Program-made: the position numbers and the translations under genes | Shown: positions 27,818-41,157 of the stretch, one piece after another | Layout of the letters: every line of letters begins with the position of its first letter | Numbering within the stretch: position 1 is the first letter of the stretch | Assembly: GCA_964016885.1 (NCBI GenBank) | Contig: OZ024744.1 | Span: forward strand, 100,254,001-100,318,000 | DNA from: Eledone cirrhosa | Taxonomy: Eukaryota | DNA: 64,000 nt | Direction of reading: 5' to 3' | The notes under the pieces: generated by a model | The model's database searches: none | Told to the model about the DNA's origin: nothing | The model's input: the letters and a program-made list of their open reading frames with translations, nothing else

Positions 27818-28455
27818 AAGAAGGGAGGTAGGTGTAAAAGCCAAACTCGCTATCTTCAATTCGGTATTTGTGCCAACCCTTATATATGGTCATGAATTTT
27901 GGGTAATGACCAAAAGAATATGATCACAAATACAAGTGGCCAAAATGGGACTCCTCCAAAGGGTCTTTGGAGTAACGTTACTTGATAGAGTGTGTAGCTC
28001 AGAGATCAGCGAGTCACTCCAGGTAGAGACGCTACTTCTCTGAATTAAGTGATCATAGCTCCAATACTATCACAGCTTTGATATTACAGGTATGTGGTTA
28101 GAATGTTTCAGGAAAGAATCGCTGGACATTTGTAGCTTCGAGATCAGAGAGTCACTCCAGGTAGAGCTGTTACTTCTTCAAATTGAGAGATCACAGCTCC
28201 GATACAGTGGGCATATGGTTAGAATGTCTCAGGAAAGAATCGCTGGACAGATTTTATAGGAAAAAAAAAAACCAACTGGCAGGAGACCCAGCGGGTAGAC
28301 CTTCAGCAAAGATGGTTGGATAACATCCATAAGCTTGGCTGGTCTTGCTTAGGGATCCAGCCAGATCAGTTGGAGATGGTTGTTTCTGATAGGACCTGCT
28401 GAAGGAGTGTTTGAGGACTGTTCCCATGACCCTCTCAGTGGGTGAAGAAGAAGAA
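27818..28455 (+). mobile_element. 3' fragment of the RTE-like LINE with an internal ~130-bp duplication
   Basis: AGAAGGGAGGTAGGTGTAAAAGCCAAACTC is shared with 3689-3718; (GAA)n tail. Confidence 0.8.
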
Positions 28456-29459
28456 ATGAAAAAGGGATCTACTGACAAAAAAAGTGAGAAGCTAGAAATT
28501 TCAAATGTCATATCCTCAGTTTTTAAAGTGGTAGACGGAAAAACTATGGGACTAACCATTTCGTTATCATATTTGTAAAGACACTACCTATGATTTTCAA
28601 TACTTGATCTGAAAATAATCAAGATTTTGTCTTTATTGGTTTTTGATTTAGGTGCAAAGCCAACAATTTTGGTGGTATCATCATCATCATCATCATCACT
28701 TATCTATCTTCTACGTTAGCATGGGTTAGATGGGTTTGTCCCATTTAGAAGAAAGTATACATACATACATATATATAAATATATCAACCTTGTCGATTAG
28801 CGTCCATCATTCATGGGTAGGACAGATTGACCCGTAGGGAAAAACCAGGTCAGAGGACCATGTTTAGCTCACCCAGGGCAGATTTTGGCTTGGTTTCTAC
28901 AGCTGGGTTCCTTCCTACCACCAACCACATTTACAGTGTGTGCCGAGTGTCACCTACACGACCACTTTACAGTGGGGCCTGGGCACTTTTGTTATATCAC
29001 TGACACAACCACTTTACAGTGGGGCCTGGGCACTTTTGTCTTGGAAGGGAGGGGGAGGGGGGGAATTGGGGAAAATGTGGACAGGGTAGTAGGGGAGGTA
29101 TGGTTACTGCTAAGGGAGGTGGATGAGAGGAGAGAAAGTTGGGGAAGGTGCTGCCTACTAGGTATAAGCTTCACCCTGTGAATAATAGAGAGTGGGTCTT
29201 CTGTAAAACTGCATAGCGCCAGAGGCCGCAGTCCTGTGTCATTGCTTTGAGGTGTAATTGTGCAAGGACAGCTTTTATTACCTCATCCCAAGTCTTCCTA
29301 GGCCTTCCCACACCATGTCTACTATTAGTGTATGTATATGTGTGGGTATATATATATATATATAAATTGATGGTAGTTACAGAAAAACCTGGGACGATCT
29401 GATAAATTCTGACCTTACACACTTGCACCTCTCTAAGACAATGTCACTGGACTGAGATC

Positions 29460-29914
29460 TTTGGCACTACGCAGTAATACAGTAGACCCGCCTTGCCTAT
29501 GTACAAACCGAAACCTACAGTCAGTAGGCGCCTCTTAACCAAATATACACCCCAATCCACTACCCTACCCTATCCTCCCACTCCCACCAACCTCTCTGTA
29601 AAGTTGGTACCTCAACATCCAGTCCAAATAAATGAGATAATGAGATCGAGATCGTGTAGGTGTCAACAAAAAAAAAAAAAAACACAGTCCATGCTGTAAT
29701 GTGGCCATGTAGGTAACATGGTAAAAAGTTCCCAGTTCCACACTGTAAATGTGGTTGGTGTTAGGAAGGACATCCAGCTGTAGAAATCAAGCCAGATAGT
29801 CCTAGTTCTATATGAGCGAGACACGGTCATCCGACCAACCTTGCCGCAAATTGGAACAATTCCCGTCTAACCCATGCTAGCGGGGAAGATGGACGTTAAA
29901 CGATGATGATGATG
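29460..29914 (+). mobile_element. Retroposon family B with (ATG)n tail (other copies e.g. 48845-49252, 55590-56250, 40340-40515; inverted 36055-36260, 37295-37460, 28678-28940, 53105-53320)
   Basis: Shared GTGGTTGGTGTTAGGAAGGGCATCCAGCTGTAGAAA core and ACCCATGCTAGC.TGGAA...GACGTTAAACGATGATGATG 3' end. Confidence 0.7.
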
Positions 29915-29991
29915 ATATATAAATTCAAGAGCATTTTTCAAAAAGAAAACATGAAACATTTTTTTTTTAAATTGCAAGTAGATATAAATAC

Positions 29992-30112
29992 CTGGAATAA
30001 TTGACTGGCCCGTTATACGATAGCCACGATAGTCAACTACAATAGTTCCCAGCATATAAACACCCTCAGGATCAATGCCAAAATAAGCTTTTACTCCTTG
30101 CAGGTCATTTCC
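29992..30112 (-). CDS. CLUH: CLUH exon 13 ([40 protein letters not shown])
   Basis: atatag acceptor, GTATTT donor, 121 nt; [18 protein letters not shown] motif. Confidence 0.95.
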
Positions 30113-30173
30113 CTATATTTAATGACAACACAGGAGTAAATCAATTATACTGTCAAACCAAACTGAACGGCAT

Positions 30174-31700
30174 ACACACACACACACACACAGTGAAGGA
30201 CATCACACACACACACACACAGTGAAGGACATCACACACACACACACACAGTGAAGGACATCACACACACACACACACAGTGAAGGACATCACACACACA
30301 CACACACAGTGAAGGACATCACACACACACACACACAGTGAAGGACATCACACACACACACACACAGTGAAGGACATCACACACACACAGTGAAGGACAT
30401 CACACACACACACACACAGTGAAGGACATCACACACACACACACACAGTGAAGGACATCACACACACACACACACAGTGAAGGACATCACACACACACAC
30501 ACACAGTGAAGGACATCACACACACACACACACACAGTGAAGGACATCACACACACACACACACACAGTGAAGGACATCACACACACACACACACAGTGA
30601 AGGACATCACACACACACACACACAGTGAAGGACATCACACACACACACACACAGTGAAGGACATCACACACACACACACACAGTGAAGGACATCACACA
30701 CACACACACAGTGAAGGACATCACACACACACACACAGTGAAGGACATCACACACACACACACAGTGAAGGACATCATACACACACACACAGTGAAGGAC
30801 ATCATACACACACACACAGTGAAGGACATCATACACACACACACAGTGAAGGACATCATAAACACACACACAGTGAAGGACATCATACACACACACACAG
30901 TGAAGGACATCACACACACACACACAGTGAAGGACATCACACACAGTGAAGGACATCACACACAGTGAAGGACATCACACACACACACACAGTGAAGGAC
31001 ATCATACACACACACAGTGAAGGACATCACACACACTCAGTGAAGGACATCACACACACTCAGTGAAGGACATCACACACACACACAGTGAAGGACATCA
31101 CATACACACACAGTGAAGGACATCACATACACACTCAGTGAAGGACATCACACACACTCAGTGAAGGATATCACACACACTCAGTGAAGGATATCACACA
31201 CTCAGTGAAGGATATCACACACACTCAGTGAAGGATATCACACACACACAGTGAAGGACATCACACACACACTCAGTGAAGGACATCATACACACACTCA
31301 GTGAAGGACATCATACACACACTCAGTGAAGGACATCATACACACACTCAGTGAAGGACATCATACACACTCAGTGAAGGACATCATACACACTCAGTGA
31401 AGGACATCATACACACACTCAGTGAAGGACATCATACACACACTCAGTGAAGGACATCATACACACACTCAGTGAAGGACATCATACACACACTCAGTGA
31501 AGGACATCATACACACACTCAGTGAAGGACATCATACACACACTCAGTGAAGGACATCATACACACACTCAGTGAAGGACATCATACACACTCAGTGAAG
31601 AACATCACACACACTCAGTGAAGGACATCACACACACACTCAGTGAAGGACATCACACACACACACACACACAGCAAAAGATATCACACACACACACACA
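30174..31700. repeat. Compound minisatellite CAGTGAAGGACAT+(CA)n of variable unit length, in intron 12
   Basis: Roughly 55 units; CA run shortens and CACTCAG variants appear toward the right. Confidence 0.97.
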
Positions 31701-31856
31701 CTTTGTGATATTTACTGTGTTTGTGTAACCCTTCACCAACACACAGTAAAGATCACACACACATACATGGTGAAAGATCACACACACATACACACACACA
31801 TTGAAGGATAAACAACATTTTGTGGGGTTAGTTTAATATCAAAGAAATTGTCTTAC

Positions 31857-31959
31857 AGGTGCCGCATAAGCAGCAGCATCTCCACCAAAATCTTTGTAAT
31901 GATCACGGACATCAAATCCAAGAGAGAAGAAAATATTGTTCCAAATGAACATTTGCATC
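31857..31959 (-). CDS. CLUH: CLUH exon 12 ([35 protein letters not shown])
   Basis: ttgcag acceptor, GTAAGA donor, 103 nt; [25 protein letters not shown] motif. Confidence 0.96.
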
Positions 31960-31971
31960 CTGCAAAGAGTT

Positions 31972-32485
31972 AATATACACCCGGTAAAAAATAATATACA
32001 TCCTATAAAAATATATACACTGTAAAAGCATATACACCCAGTAAAAAATAATATACATCCTATCAAAATATATTCACTGTAAAAGCATATACAGCCTGTA
32101 AAGAATAATATACAGCCTATAAAAACATTAGGTACATCCTATAAAAATATATACACCCTGTAAAAGCATATACACCCGGTAAAAAATAATATACAGCCTA
32201 TAAAAACAGCTACATGCTATAAAAATATATACACCCTGTAAAGTCATACACATCCTATAAAAATACATTCACTGTAAAAGCATATACACCCTGTAAAGAA
32301 TAATATACAGCCTATAAAAATATATACACCCTGTAAAGTCATACGCATCCTATAAAAATATATTCACTGTAAAAGCATATACACCCGGTAAAAAAATATA
32401 CAGCCTATAAAAATATATACTCGCTGTAAAGACATAACATACATCCTGTAAAATCATATATACACTATAAAAACATGATATACAT
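31972..32485. repeat. Degenerate ~20-bp AT-rich tandem repeat (TATACAxCCTxTAAAA)
   Basis: Seen directly; begins next to the exon 12 acceptor. Confidence 0.85.
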
Positions 32486-33095
32486 CCATTTTAATGTAAT
32501 TCAATGTAATGTCTAAAAATAAGTGTCGATTCAAATGTTTATCGTATCTTTACGAGTGGACAGATTGTTGTGAAAAATTGTATTAAAGTAAACACTTTTG
32601 TGCTGTTTTGTACTTTTCAAGAATGTCTTGTTAATGTGGTTTCATGTAGTACAGGATGTTAAGAGTTAAGAGTTAATGTTTCAGAGAAGAAAAACAGGTA
32701 CATCTAATGTAAGAAAGAGTTAATATGTTTTAAGACTAACATACACCAGGAAGTGAAGAGGTGGTAGTAGGGGGTGATATTTGACACATACCAAGAAGTG
32801 GGGCACAATATTTGACATATAGCAGGAAGTGAAGTGATGGACAATATTTAACCTTTCATAACCATATTTCTAATGAAATAACACTATTTTAATTAATTAA
32901 TGAAGAATGAGAGTTTACTAAAATTATTTCATTACTAAAATAGTAACTTAACGTAAGGTTCTTATATAAAATTATGTTGGAAGATTTTAATTTAAATTGG
33001 AAACCTTTAAAATAAATGGTTTTATTTCATAGAATCAGAGCTGGTTTTGACCAGATTGGTAACAGATAGTAACTTAATGTAATGTTATATAAAAT

Positions 33096-33268
33096 AATTG
33101 TTTCTACTTTAAGCACAAGGCCAGCAATTACCCAGTGCATTACTGGTACTTTATTTTATCGACCCCGTAAGGATGAAAGGCAAAGTCAACCTTGGCGGGA
33201 TTTGAACTCAGGTCGTAAAGGGACGTAACTATGCTGGAAAGCATGGCGTCCGACCCTCTACCGATACT
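33096..33268 (-). mobile_element. SINE A with 19-bp TSD, nested in a TTAA MITE
   Basis: TAATGTTATATAAAATAAT at 33080-33098 and 33270-33288. Confidence 0.9.
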
Positions 33269-33477
33269 ATAATGTTATATAAAATAATGTTGGAAGATTT
33301 TAATTTAAATTAGAAACCTTTAAAATGGGCGACTTTATTTCATAGAACCAGGGCCAGTTTTGGCTGGATTGGTAACTAAAGGGTTAACACATAGGAGGAA
33401 ATAGGAGTGGTGGAAGAGGGGAGACAATATTTAACATAAATAAGTGAGAGTTGTAAGGTGGAATCTGCACCACTTAC

Positions 33478-33569
33478 TTAGCATCCTCTCCTGGATTGAT
33501 GGCCATAACGTTCCCATCAATCACAGCCATAGCACCACGGGTTGCAGCTGATACAAAGTCACTGTTTAC
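33478..33569 (-). CDS. CLUH: CLUH exon 11 ([30 protein letters not shown])
   Basis: ttcaag acceptor, GTAAGT donor, 92 nt; [19 protein letters not shown] motif. Confidence 0.95.
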
Positions 33570-34263
33570 CTTGAAGAAGAAGAAGAAAAAATATATATAT
33601 TAAAATAAATAATATATTTCAATCCTGGCTTTGATTTTCTTACATTTAAAATACAAATATTTTTCTTAAAAACTATACATATTTACATAATTTTTTTTCC
33701 TCTTAACCCAAGTTAATTTTTTTTTGTTCAAGAAACCAATAGATAGATAAGATGATGATGATGATGATATTGTATCAATCTATAGACATAAAAGGTATAT
33801 ATATTGTATCAATCTACAGACATAAAAAACAAAACGTATATAAATTAATAAAACCATCATCATCGTTTAACGGCTATCTTCCACGCTAGCATGGGTTAGA
33901 CGGGAATTGTCCCACTTGAGGCAAGGTTGGTCGGGTGATTGTGTCTCACCAGATAGTGCTATACGAGCGACACATGGTCACCCATCCAATCTTGCCTCAA
34001 GTAGGACAATTCCCGTCTAACCCATGCTAGCGTGGAAGATAGACGTTAAACGATGATGATGATTTTATCAATCTTTAAACAAAGTATATATTTTATCAAT
34101 CCATACACAGATAAAAGATATATATATATATATATATTATCAATCAATCTATAGACATAATATGTACCAACAGTAGGGATGGAAGTCAAAATGTTAGAAA
34201 CCAAATCTTATATGAAATTGCAATGAAACATTCTAAGCAGAGTGATTTAAAAATGTTTCTAAC

Positions 34264-34400
34264 CTTAAATATTGCTCTCTCTCGAATAAGTCGATCAGGC
34301 AAAGTTTTTCGAGATAATTCTCTGGTCGTCTGAATTTCTTCATTCCAATCTCGAGTCTGCCCTGGTATATGTTCTTCATAACCCAACCGTGTTGAAAATG
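34264..34400 (-). CDS. CLUH: CLUH exon 10 ([46 protein letters not shown])
   Basis: attag acceptor, GTTAGA donor, 137 nt; [10 protein letters not shown] marks the start of the CLU domain. Confidence 0.96.
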
Positions 34401-35051
34401 CTAATAAATAACAAAAAATATATTAATAAAATTAATATCCATATCAATTTTCAGTTTTAACCATTATCTATCAAGGGCAGTTAATTCTTTTGTTACCATA
34501 TATTTCTACTGAAAGATACTACCTATATTTGAAAATAACCAATAACTTGCTTCTGACAGGACACACTGGAAGCACTGTTTGAGGACACTGCCCTCAAGAC
34601 CCTCTCAGGAATAAGTAGGCAAAGAAGAAGACCAATAACTTATTTTACTAGTAAGTCCCTCTAACTTTCTCATTTTAAAGCTGTTGTTTAGAATATTAGT
34701 TAACAAAAGCATTCACATAAAATTATGATGGTAGGTTTTTAGATAAATATAAATACTTTAAAATAGTTTTGTATCATAGAACCGTTTCAGTGAAGTTGGT
34801 GTCAAAAGAGTTAAACATTTTTCATACAATGATGACTTAGCTCCATCTACCAATTCCATTACAATAGCACGATAGTTTCCTCTAACTATTAAATGAATGG
34901 TTCACTATTTTAGCATCATTTATTTAAAAATTTCTGCCAATACATCATCTCACCATTTAACGTCCAGTAAGAAATTAAAAAAAAATAAAAATAAATAAAA
35001 ATCAGAAAATCGTGATTACTAATCTAAAAACAAAATGTACAAATGACTCAC

Positions 35052-35202
35052 CATCTTCTGCTCGAATATAATCTATAGAATGCTCCATCTGAGGAGATAC
35101 CCAACTATACACTTGATATGGGGTAGGCACTCTTTCAAAAGGGTGTTTCTGAGCCCGTTTCTTGAGTAAAATTGCAAAATTTCTTTTGAAAGAAGGACTA
35201 AT
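35052..35202 (-). CDS. CLUH: CLUH exon 9 ([50 protein letters not shown])
   Basis: ttttag acceptor, GTGAGT donor, 151 nt; HPFER..TP.QVYSW motif. Confidence 0.95.
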
Positions 35203-35619
35203 CTAAAAAATAGAATTTATCAAAAATCAAAACTATATTTATATTTGTTAAACTATATATCTAACAAATCATAAATGTATAATGAAAGACTTTTACACAC
35301 AAACTCCACAAAAAGATTTAAAAAACTAAATAAAGATAGTGTATTCTGAAAGAGAATAAATTTGAGTGTATTAGGTTGTATTTAATAGTTATAGTAAAGC
35401 TACAAGATCAAACAGACTTGGATTAATTTATTAGTTAAGCTTAAATCCAATACATTCGTGAATAAGAAAGAGTGAAGAAGGGGAGATAATTTTTGCAAAT
35501 TAATTTTGATTTTTAATTTAAATAATTCCAATATGGAATATTACAAAATGATTTAAGTTACAAAAGTAAACACACACACACACACAATTAAAATCTTTCT
35601 AAATAAAGAGAATATTTAC

Positions 35620-35698
35620 TTGATTCAGGAGTTCAATAAGAGAATGTGATAAATGCTTTTGAGCAGCAGATTTGGGATTGAATTCATCTTCTGTGCAT
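35620..35698 (-). CDS. CLUH: CLUH exon 8 (QCTEDEFNPKSAAQKHLSHSLIELLNQ)
   Basis: ttgtag acceptor, GTAAAT donor, 79 nt; FNPK...LSHSL.ELLNQ motif. Confidence 0.93.
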
Positions 35699-35756
35699 CT
35701 ACAAGGAAGATAACAGTCAGACATCAAATATAATATTAACCAATAACATTTAATAA

Positions 35757-36042
35757 TCTATATTATAATAAGAGCGCTGTCTGTCCATCACGCTCACTTT
35801 ATATAGAGAGGAAGAGCTGCAAGCGAGAGATATGTACAGAGAGTGAACAGGGAGCACCGTGTTTTTACAATGTGATAAAAAGAGGTAGATAGACAGAAAA
35901 TTATGACGTCACCCTCAGCTATATATAGAGGGGGGGGGGGAGTGCTGAGCAAGAGATATGTATATAGATTGAGAAAGAAAAAGAACATTTAGAAAGTAAG
36001 AGTGAGTGAGTGGGGGGAGAAGATAATTTCGCTCTCATCTAG
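35757..36042 (+). mobile_element. Possible non-autonomous Helitron-like element
   Basis: A|TCTATATTATAATAAGAG ... CATCTAG|T (5' TC, 3' CTAG, A/T site); subterminal hairpin is weak. Confidence 0.35.
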
Positions 36043-37799
36043 TAGATATAACGCATCATCATCATCATCATTTAACGTCCATCTTCCACGCTTGCATGGG
36101 TTTGGACGGGAGTTTTCCCCATTTGAGGACTGTCTGGCGGGTTTTCTACGGCAGGATGCCCTTCCTAACACCAACCACGTTTACAGTGTGGACTGGGAGG
36201 TTTTTACCGTGTTACCTACACGGCCGCATTACAGCGTGGACTGTGTTATTTTCTCGTGACACCTACACAACCTCATTTGTTTCGGACTGGATGTTGTGGT
36301 ACCAACATAACTTCACATTGAAAGGGGTGGTGTGGATGGGGTGGGGGGTAATGGGACAGGGGTGTATTTTTGTTAGAGGTGCCTATATTTGTTGGTTATT
36401 ATTCTATCACTTGTTGTACAATATAAGATATATATTATTAACCCTTTCATTGCCATATTTCTAGTTGGTCTGGTAAATAAATATATACATATATACCAGG
36501 TCTGAACAATTCCCATCATGACCATTTAACAGCTTGTATGGTTTACACAGGAAAACTGTGTGAAGTGCAATGTTGCATGGTAATGAAACATGGACTGTGA
36601 TGGCAGAGGACATGTAAAGGTTGAAGAGAAATGAGGCAAGCATGCTTTGTTGGATGTGCAACACAAGTGTGAGAGAAAGGCAGAGCCTGGATGAACAGAG
36701 GGAGAAACTGGGTTTAAGAGGAATCTGAGGTGATGTGCAGGACAGAAGATTGTGTTGGTGTGGAAAAACATACCGAACAAAGAATTGAAAGAATTCTTTG
36801 GTTGTGTCAAAGAGATGACAACCTCCCATGTGCTGGTGACATGATAAAAGGCACCCGGTGCAACCTGTAAAGAGCGGGAACGCATGTGAAAGAGATGCAG
36901 CCCCAGACCATCTGAGAGGTCAATAGTTCTTACCTGAACTATGCTGACACGTCTGTCCCTTGCTAGTCAGGAAAGCAGACATTACTTCTTAATATCCTGT
37001 ACCATATGAAACCACATTAATATGACATTCTTGAAAAGTACAAAACATCACTATGACTGTATCACATTAAAAATTAAAGTCACTAATGCTGCACATTTTT
37101 CACAATAATAAGTCCGTTGGACATCCAATGAAGCGTAGTTGCTTCATTTCTCTTCAACTTTCACATGTCCTCTGCCATCACAGCCATCTTTCAATACTAC
37201 ACAGGTGTCATACAGTTTTCCTGTATAAACCATACAAGCTGTTAAATGATGATGATGAATATTGTTATATTTTGCAGCTGATTTAAGATCTTACTTCATC
37301 ATCATCATTTTACGTCCGCTTTTCCCTGCTTGCAAGGGTGAGACGGGAACTGATTCTGGCTTGATTTCTACAGCTGGCTGCCCTTCCTAACACCAACCTC
37401 ATTTACAGTGAGTGCTGGGTGCTTTTTTGCCGTGGCACCTACATGACCACTTTATAGTGGAATGATATGGGACAGTACCTATCATCTCATTTCGAATAAC
37501 TTAAATAATAAACATTTGAATATTATAGACATTTTCTGCTAAATCATTAGATATTAAGGGATAAATAATGATGATGGTAATCAGAATTACCAAATGTTAG
37601 GAGAGTAGAAGCAGCAACAATGGAAGAGGCTCTGTTGCAAGATTTATTGCATGAATGATCCCATAACTCCTGAGGGTGTCAGAGGTGCCATATAGACATA
37701 TGGCATTTCTAAACCTGGCAGAGCCCATCTCCTCTCCAGCTCTGAATAGAGCAGATCTCTTCCAGAGAAGGATAGGGAGTGAGGAAGAGATATAAAGGA

Positions 37800-37950
37800 A
37801 GAATCAACCCAAGTACTTGACTGGTACTTTATTTTATCGACCTCGAATGGATGAAAGATAAAGTTGATCTCAAGGGGATTTGAACTCAGAGAGCAGAGAT
37901 CCAAAATGAATACCAGAAAGCATTCCAACGTTCTATTGAATCTGCCCATT
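37800..37950 (-). mobile_element. Diverged SINE A relative
   Basis: CTGGTACTTTATTTTATCGACC...GGATTTGAACTCAG. Confidence 0.7.
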
Positions 37951-37996
37951 TGACATCTACGAAAGATTTATTAGAAAGAAAAAAAAGTTCACTCAC

Positions 37997-38081
37997 TGAT
38001 TTAAATAGAAACCTCGTGTAGAAGCTGTGATGTGGAATCTTTTATCTTCCAATGTGACTACATGTAAGTAGAGGAGATCAC
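37997..38081 (-). CDS. CLUH: CLUH exon 7 ([28 protein letters not shown])
   Basis: tttcag acceptor, GTGAGT donor, 85 nt; GDL.YL...[11 protein letters not shown] motif. Confidence 0.95.
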
Positions 38082-38386
38082 CTGAAAAATTAACAGAAAT
38101 TACAGTGAATTATCTCAGAATACAGAAACACAATAAATAATAGATTAGAACCCAACACTCAATACTTAACATAAAAAGACACACCCACAGGCACACAAAC
38201 TAAACATCTCATACAAAAAAAAAAAGAAAATTGATTTCATGAAATACTGCATTGCCAATTGACGGCATTCTCGTGAATAGCGAATAACATAAAATTTTTT
38301 TTAAAAACCTGAAAATGAGTTAAGAAATTTTAATCTAAATTTAATCTCAAAGAGAAGAGATCGGAACATTATACTCTGAAAGTTCT

Positions 38387-38578
38387 TTAACCCTTTAGCA
38401 TTTACATTATATATACTATTGTATTTTCATGGTAAGGCTTTACCTCACATTGAATTTATGAGATTTTGATATTTATTTTGAGAAAAATACTTTAACATAA
38501 GTATGAGCAGCCGGTTATGGCCAGTTTGAACAGAAAGAGGTGAGAGAATTCTGGCCAGTTTAAATGCTAAAAAGTTAA
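38387..38578. mobile_element. MITE family 1
   Basis: TTAACCCTTTAGCATTTA ... TAAATGCTAAAAAGTTAA. Confidence 0.8.
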
Positions 38579-38923
38579 ACTCTGAAGAAGGGAATTTCAA
38601 ATCCCGAAATATTGAACATCAGCAACAACAACAAAATAAAGATTCCCAGGTAACTTACATTTTCGTTACCTTCACCTTACAGTCCATTTTGCATTGTTTA
38701 GCCATATATCACTTTCCACATTATATATTATATACAATACTTCAGGCTAACTACAACATTTTATTACAATAAACAAAACAGAAATATATCAACTGTTTCA
38801 TTGACTCAACATTTCTAACATGTGATGTCTAACTCTGGTTAGTAACATTAAAATACTGCTTGGTAGTTAGTAGTGTCTACAGATTTTACTGAACCTTTTG
38901 TTACCATATTTTTAACAAAACAC

Positions 38924-39673
<750 letters not shown>

Positions 39674-39857
39674 TTTTTCAAATCATTTTGAAAAAGAATT
39701 TGGAGAGATTTAGTAAAATAACTTTCTCGTGTAAAATGATGGAAAGTACCATAGATCTACCTCTGCAACCCCCACCACAGACAAGTCCTCAGCTCACACT
39801 GTAAAGTGGTTGTTTTGGTGCCACGGCATGTACTTGTAAAAATAGTAACTGCAGTAG

Positions 39858-40035
39858 TAATTCTTTCTACTTTTGGCACAAGGCCAGCAATTACCCCAGT
39901 ACGTTACTGGTACTCTATTTTATCGATCCTGTAAGGATGAAAGGCAAAGTTAACCTCGGCGGGATTTGAACTCGGACCATAAAGGGCCGTAACTCTATGC
40001 TGCAAAGCATGGCGTCCGACCCTCTACTGATACTG
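39858..40035 (-). mobile_element. SINE A, next to the exon 6 donor
   Basis: Core and B-box present; GTAGTAAT on both sides. Confidence 0.87.
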
Positions 40036-40059
40036 TAGTAATAGTAGATAGTAACTTAC

Positions 40060-40129
40060 CATGCATTCTTCGGTTACCAGGAGGAGGATTCCAGCCACTA
40101 TATGTCATCACTTTTAAGCACTGTGGCCC
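40060..40129 (-). CDS. CLUH: CLUH exon 6 ([23 protein letters not shown])
   Basis: ttacag acceptor, GTAAGT donor, 70 nt; [10 protein letters not shown] motif. Confidence 0.95.
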
Positions 40130-40131
40130 CT

Positions 40132-40163
<32 letters not shown>

Positions 40164-40332
40164 TGTTTCTACTTTTAGGCACAAGACCAGCAATTACCCA
40201 GTGCATTACTGGTACTTTATTTTATCGACCCCGTAAGGATGAAAGGCAAAGTCAACTTCGGCGGGATTTGAACTCAGATCGTAAAGGGACGTAACTATGC
40301 TGGAAAGCATGGCGTCCGACTCTCTAAATACT
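40132..40332 (-). mobile_element. SINE A whose (ATT)n tail abuts the exon 6 acceptor
   Basis: (TAA)n run at 40133-40162 is contiguous with the SINE tail. Confidence 0.87.
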
Positions 40333-40514
40333 ATATAAACGTGGGTGGTGTTAGGAAGAACATCCAGCTGTAAAATACCCAGCTAAATTTACAGTCCTCA
40401 CCAGAGCAAGGTGCGACACATGGCCAACCCTGGTTAGACTTACCCCCCCGGCATGGACGACCCATCTAACCCATGTAAGCATGGAAAAATTGATGTTAAA
40501 TGGAAATGATGATG

Positions 40515-40742
40515 TTTGAGGCACAACGCCAACAATTTTGGGGGGAGGGGGAAGTTAATTAAATCGATCCCCAGTGCATTACTGGTACTTTATTTTATCA
40601 ACCCCGTAAGGATGAAAGGTAAAGTCAACCTCGGCGGGATTTGAACTCAGAATGCCAAGGGCCGTAACTATGCGTCAAAGCATGGCGTCCGACCCTCTAC
40701 CGATACTGCCAATTCACCACCCTAATAATAATAATAATAATA
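40515..40742 (-). mobile_element. SINE A, long variant carrying the GATTTAAT..ACTTCCCCTCCCCC insert
   Basis: Same variant as the copies near 24818 and 54680. Confidence 0.87.
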
Positions 40743-41041
40743 ACTTTGATAGGTTTTGGCCAGTATTGGCCCAGGCCATGTCTAACTTAATAGCACCACC
40801 TAGCTAATGATCTTTTATTTGCCACTAGGTCGCCGAATGAGAGTTACATTACAAAAACAAGTTACACTAATTCTACCAAATACCAACAACACCAAGAATG
40901 GTAGTATTAAAGATAAGAACTAAAAGAATAAAAAACTTAAAACTTACGAGAAAATAAAGGTAATAATTGTCTCTACTGAGAATATAAAGGGCCGCAACTC
41001 TAAGAAACTGAACTGAAAGATTAGAATAATAATTATCTCAC

Positions 41042-41157
41042 CCTTTGTTCTTTGATAGAAGGATGCAGGTAGAGTAAAGGTGGTTCTTTGGAATTTGGTA
41101 AAATAAATTCAGGAGGCGAACAGTCTGCAGACTCCAATCTGGAACGGGTTTTACGAT
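41042..41157 (-). CDS. CLUH: CLUH exon 5 (DRKTRSRLESADCSPPEFILPNSKEPPLLYLHPSIKEQR)
   Basis: ccacag acceptor, GTGAGA donor, 116 nt, phases match neighbours; DC.PPE.ILP motif. Confidence 0.9.
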
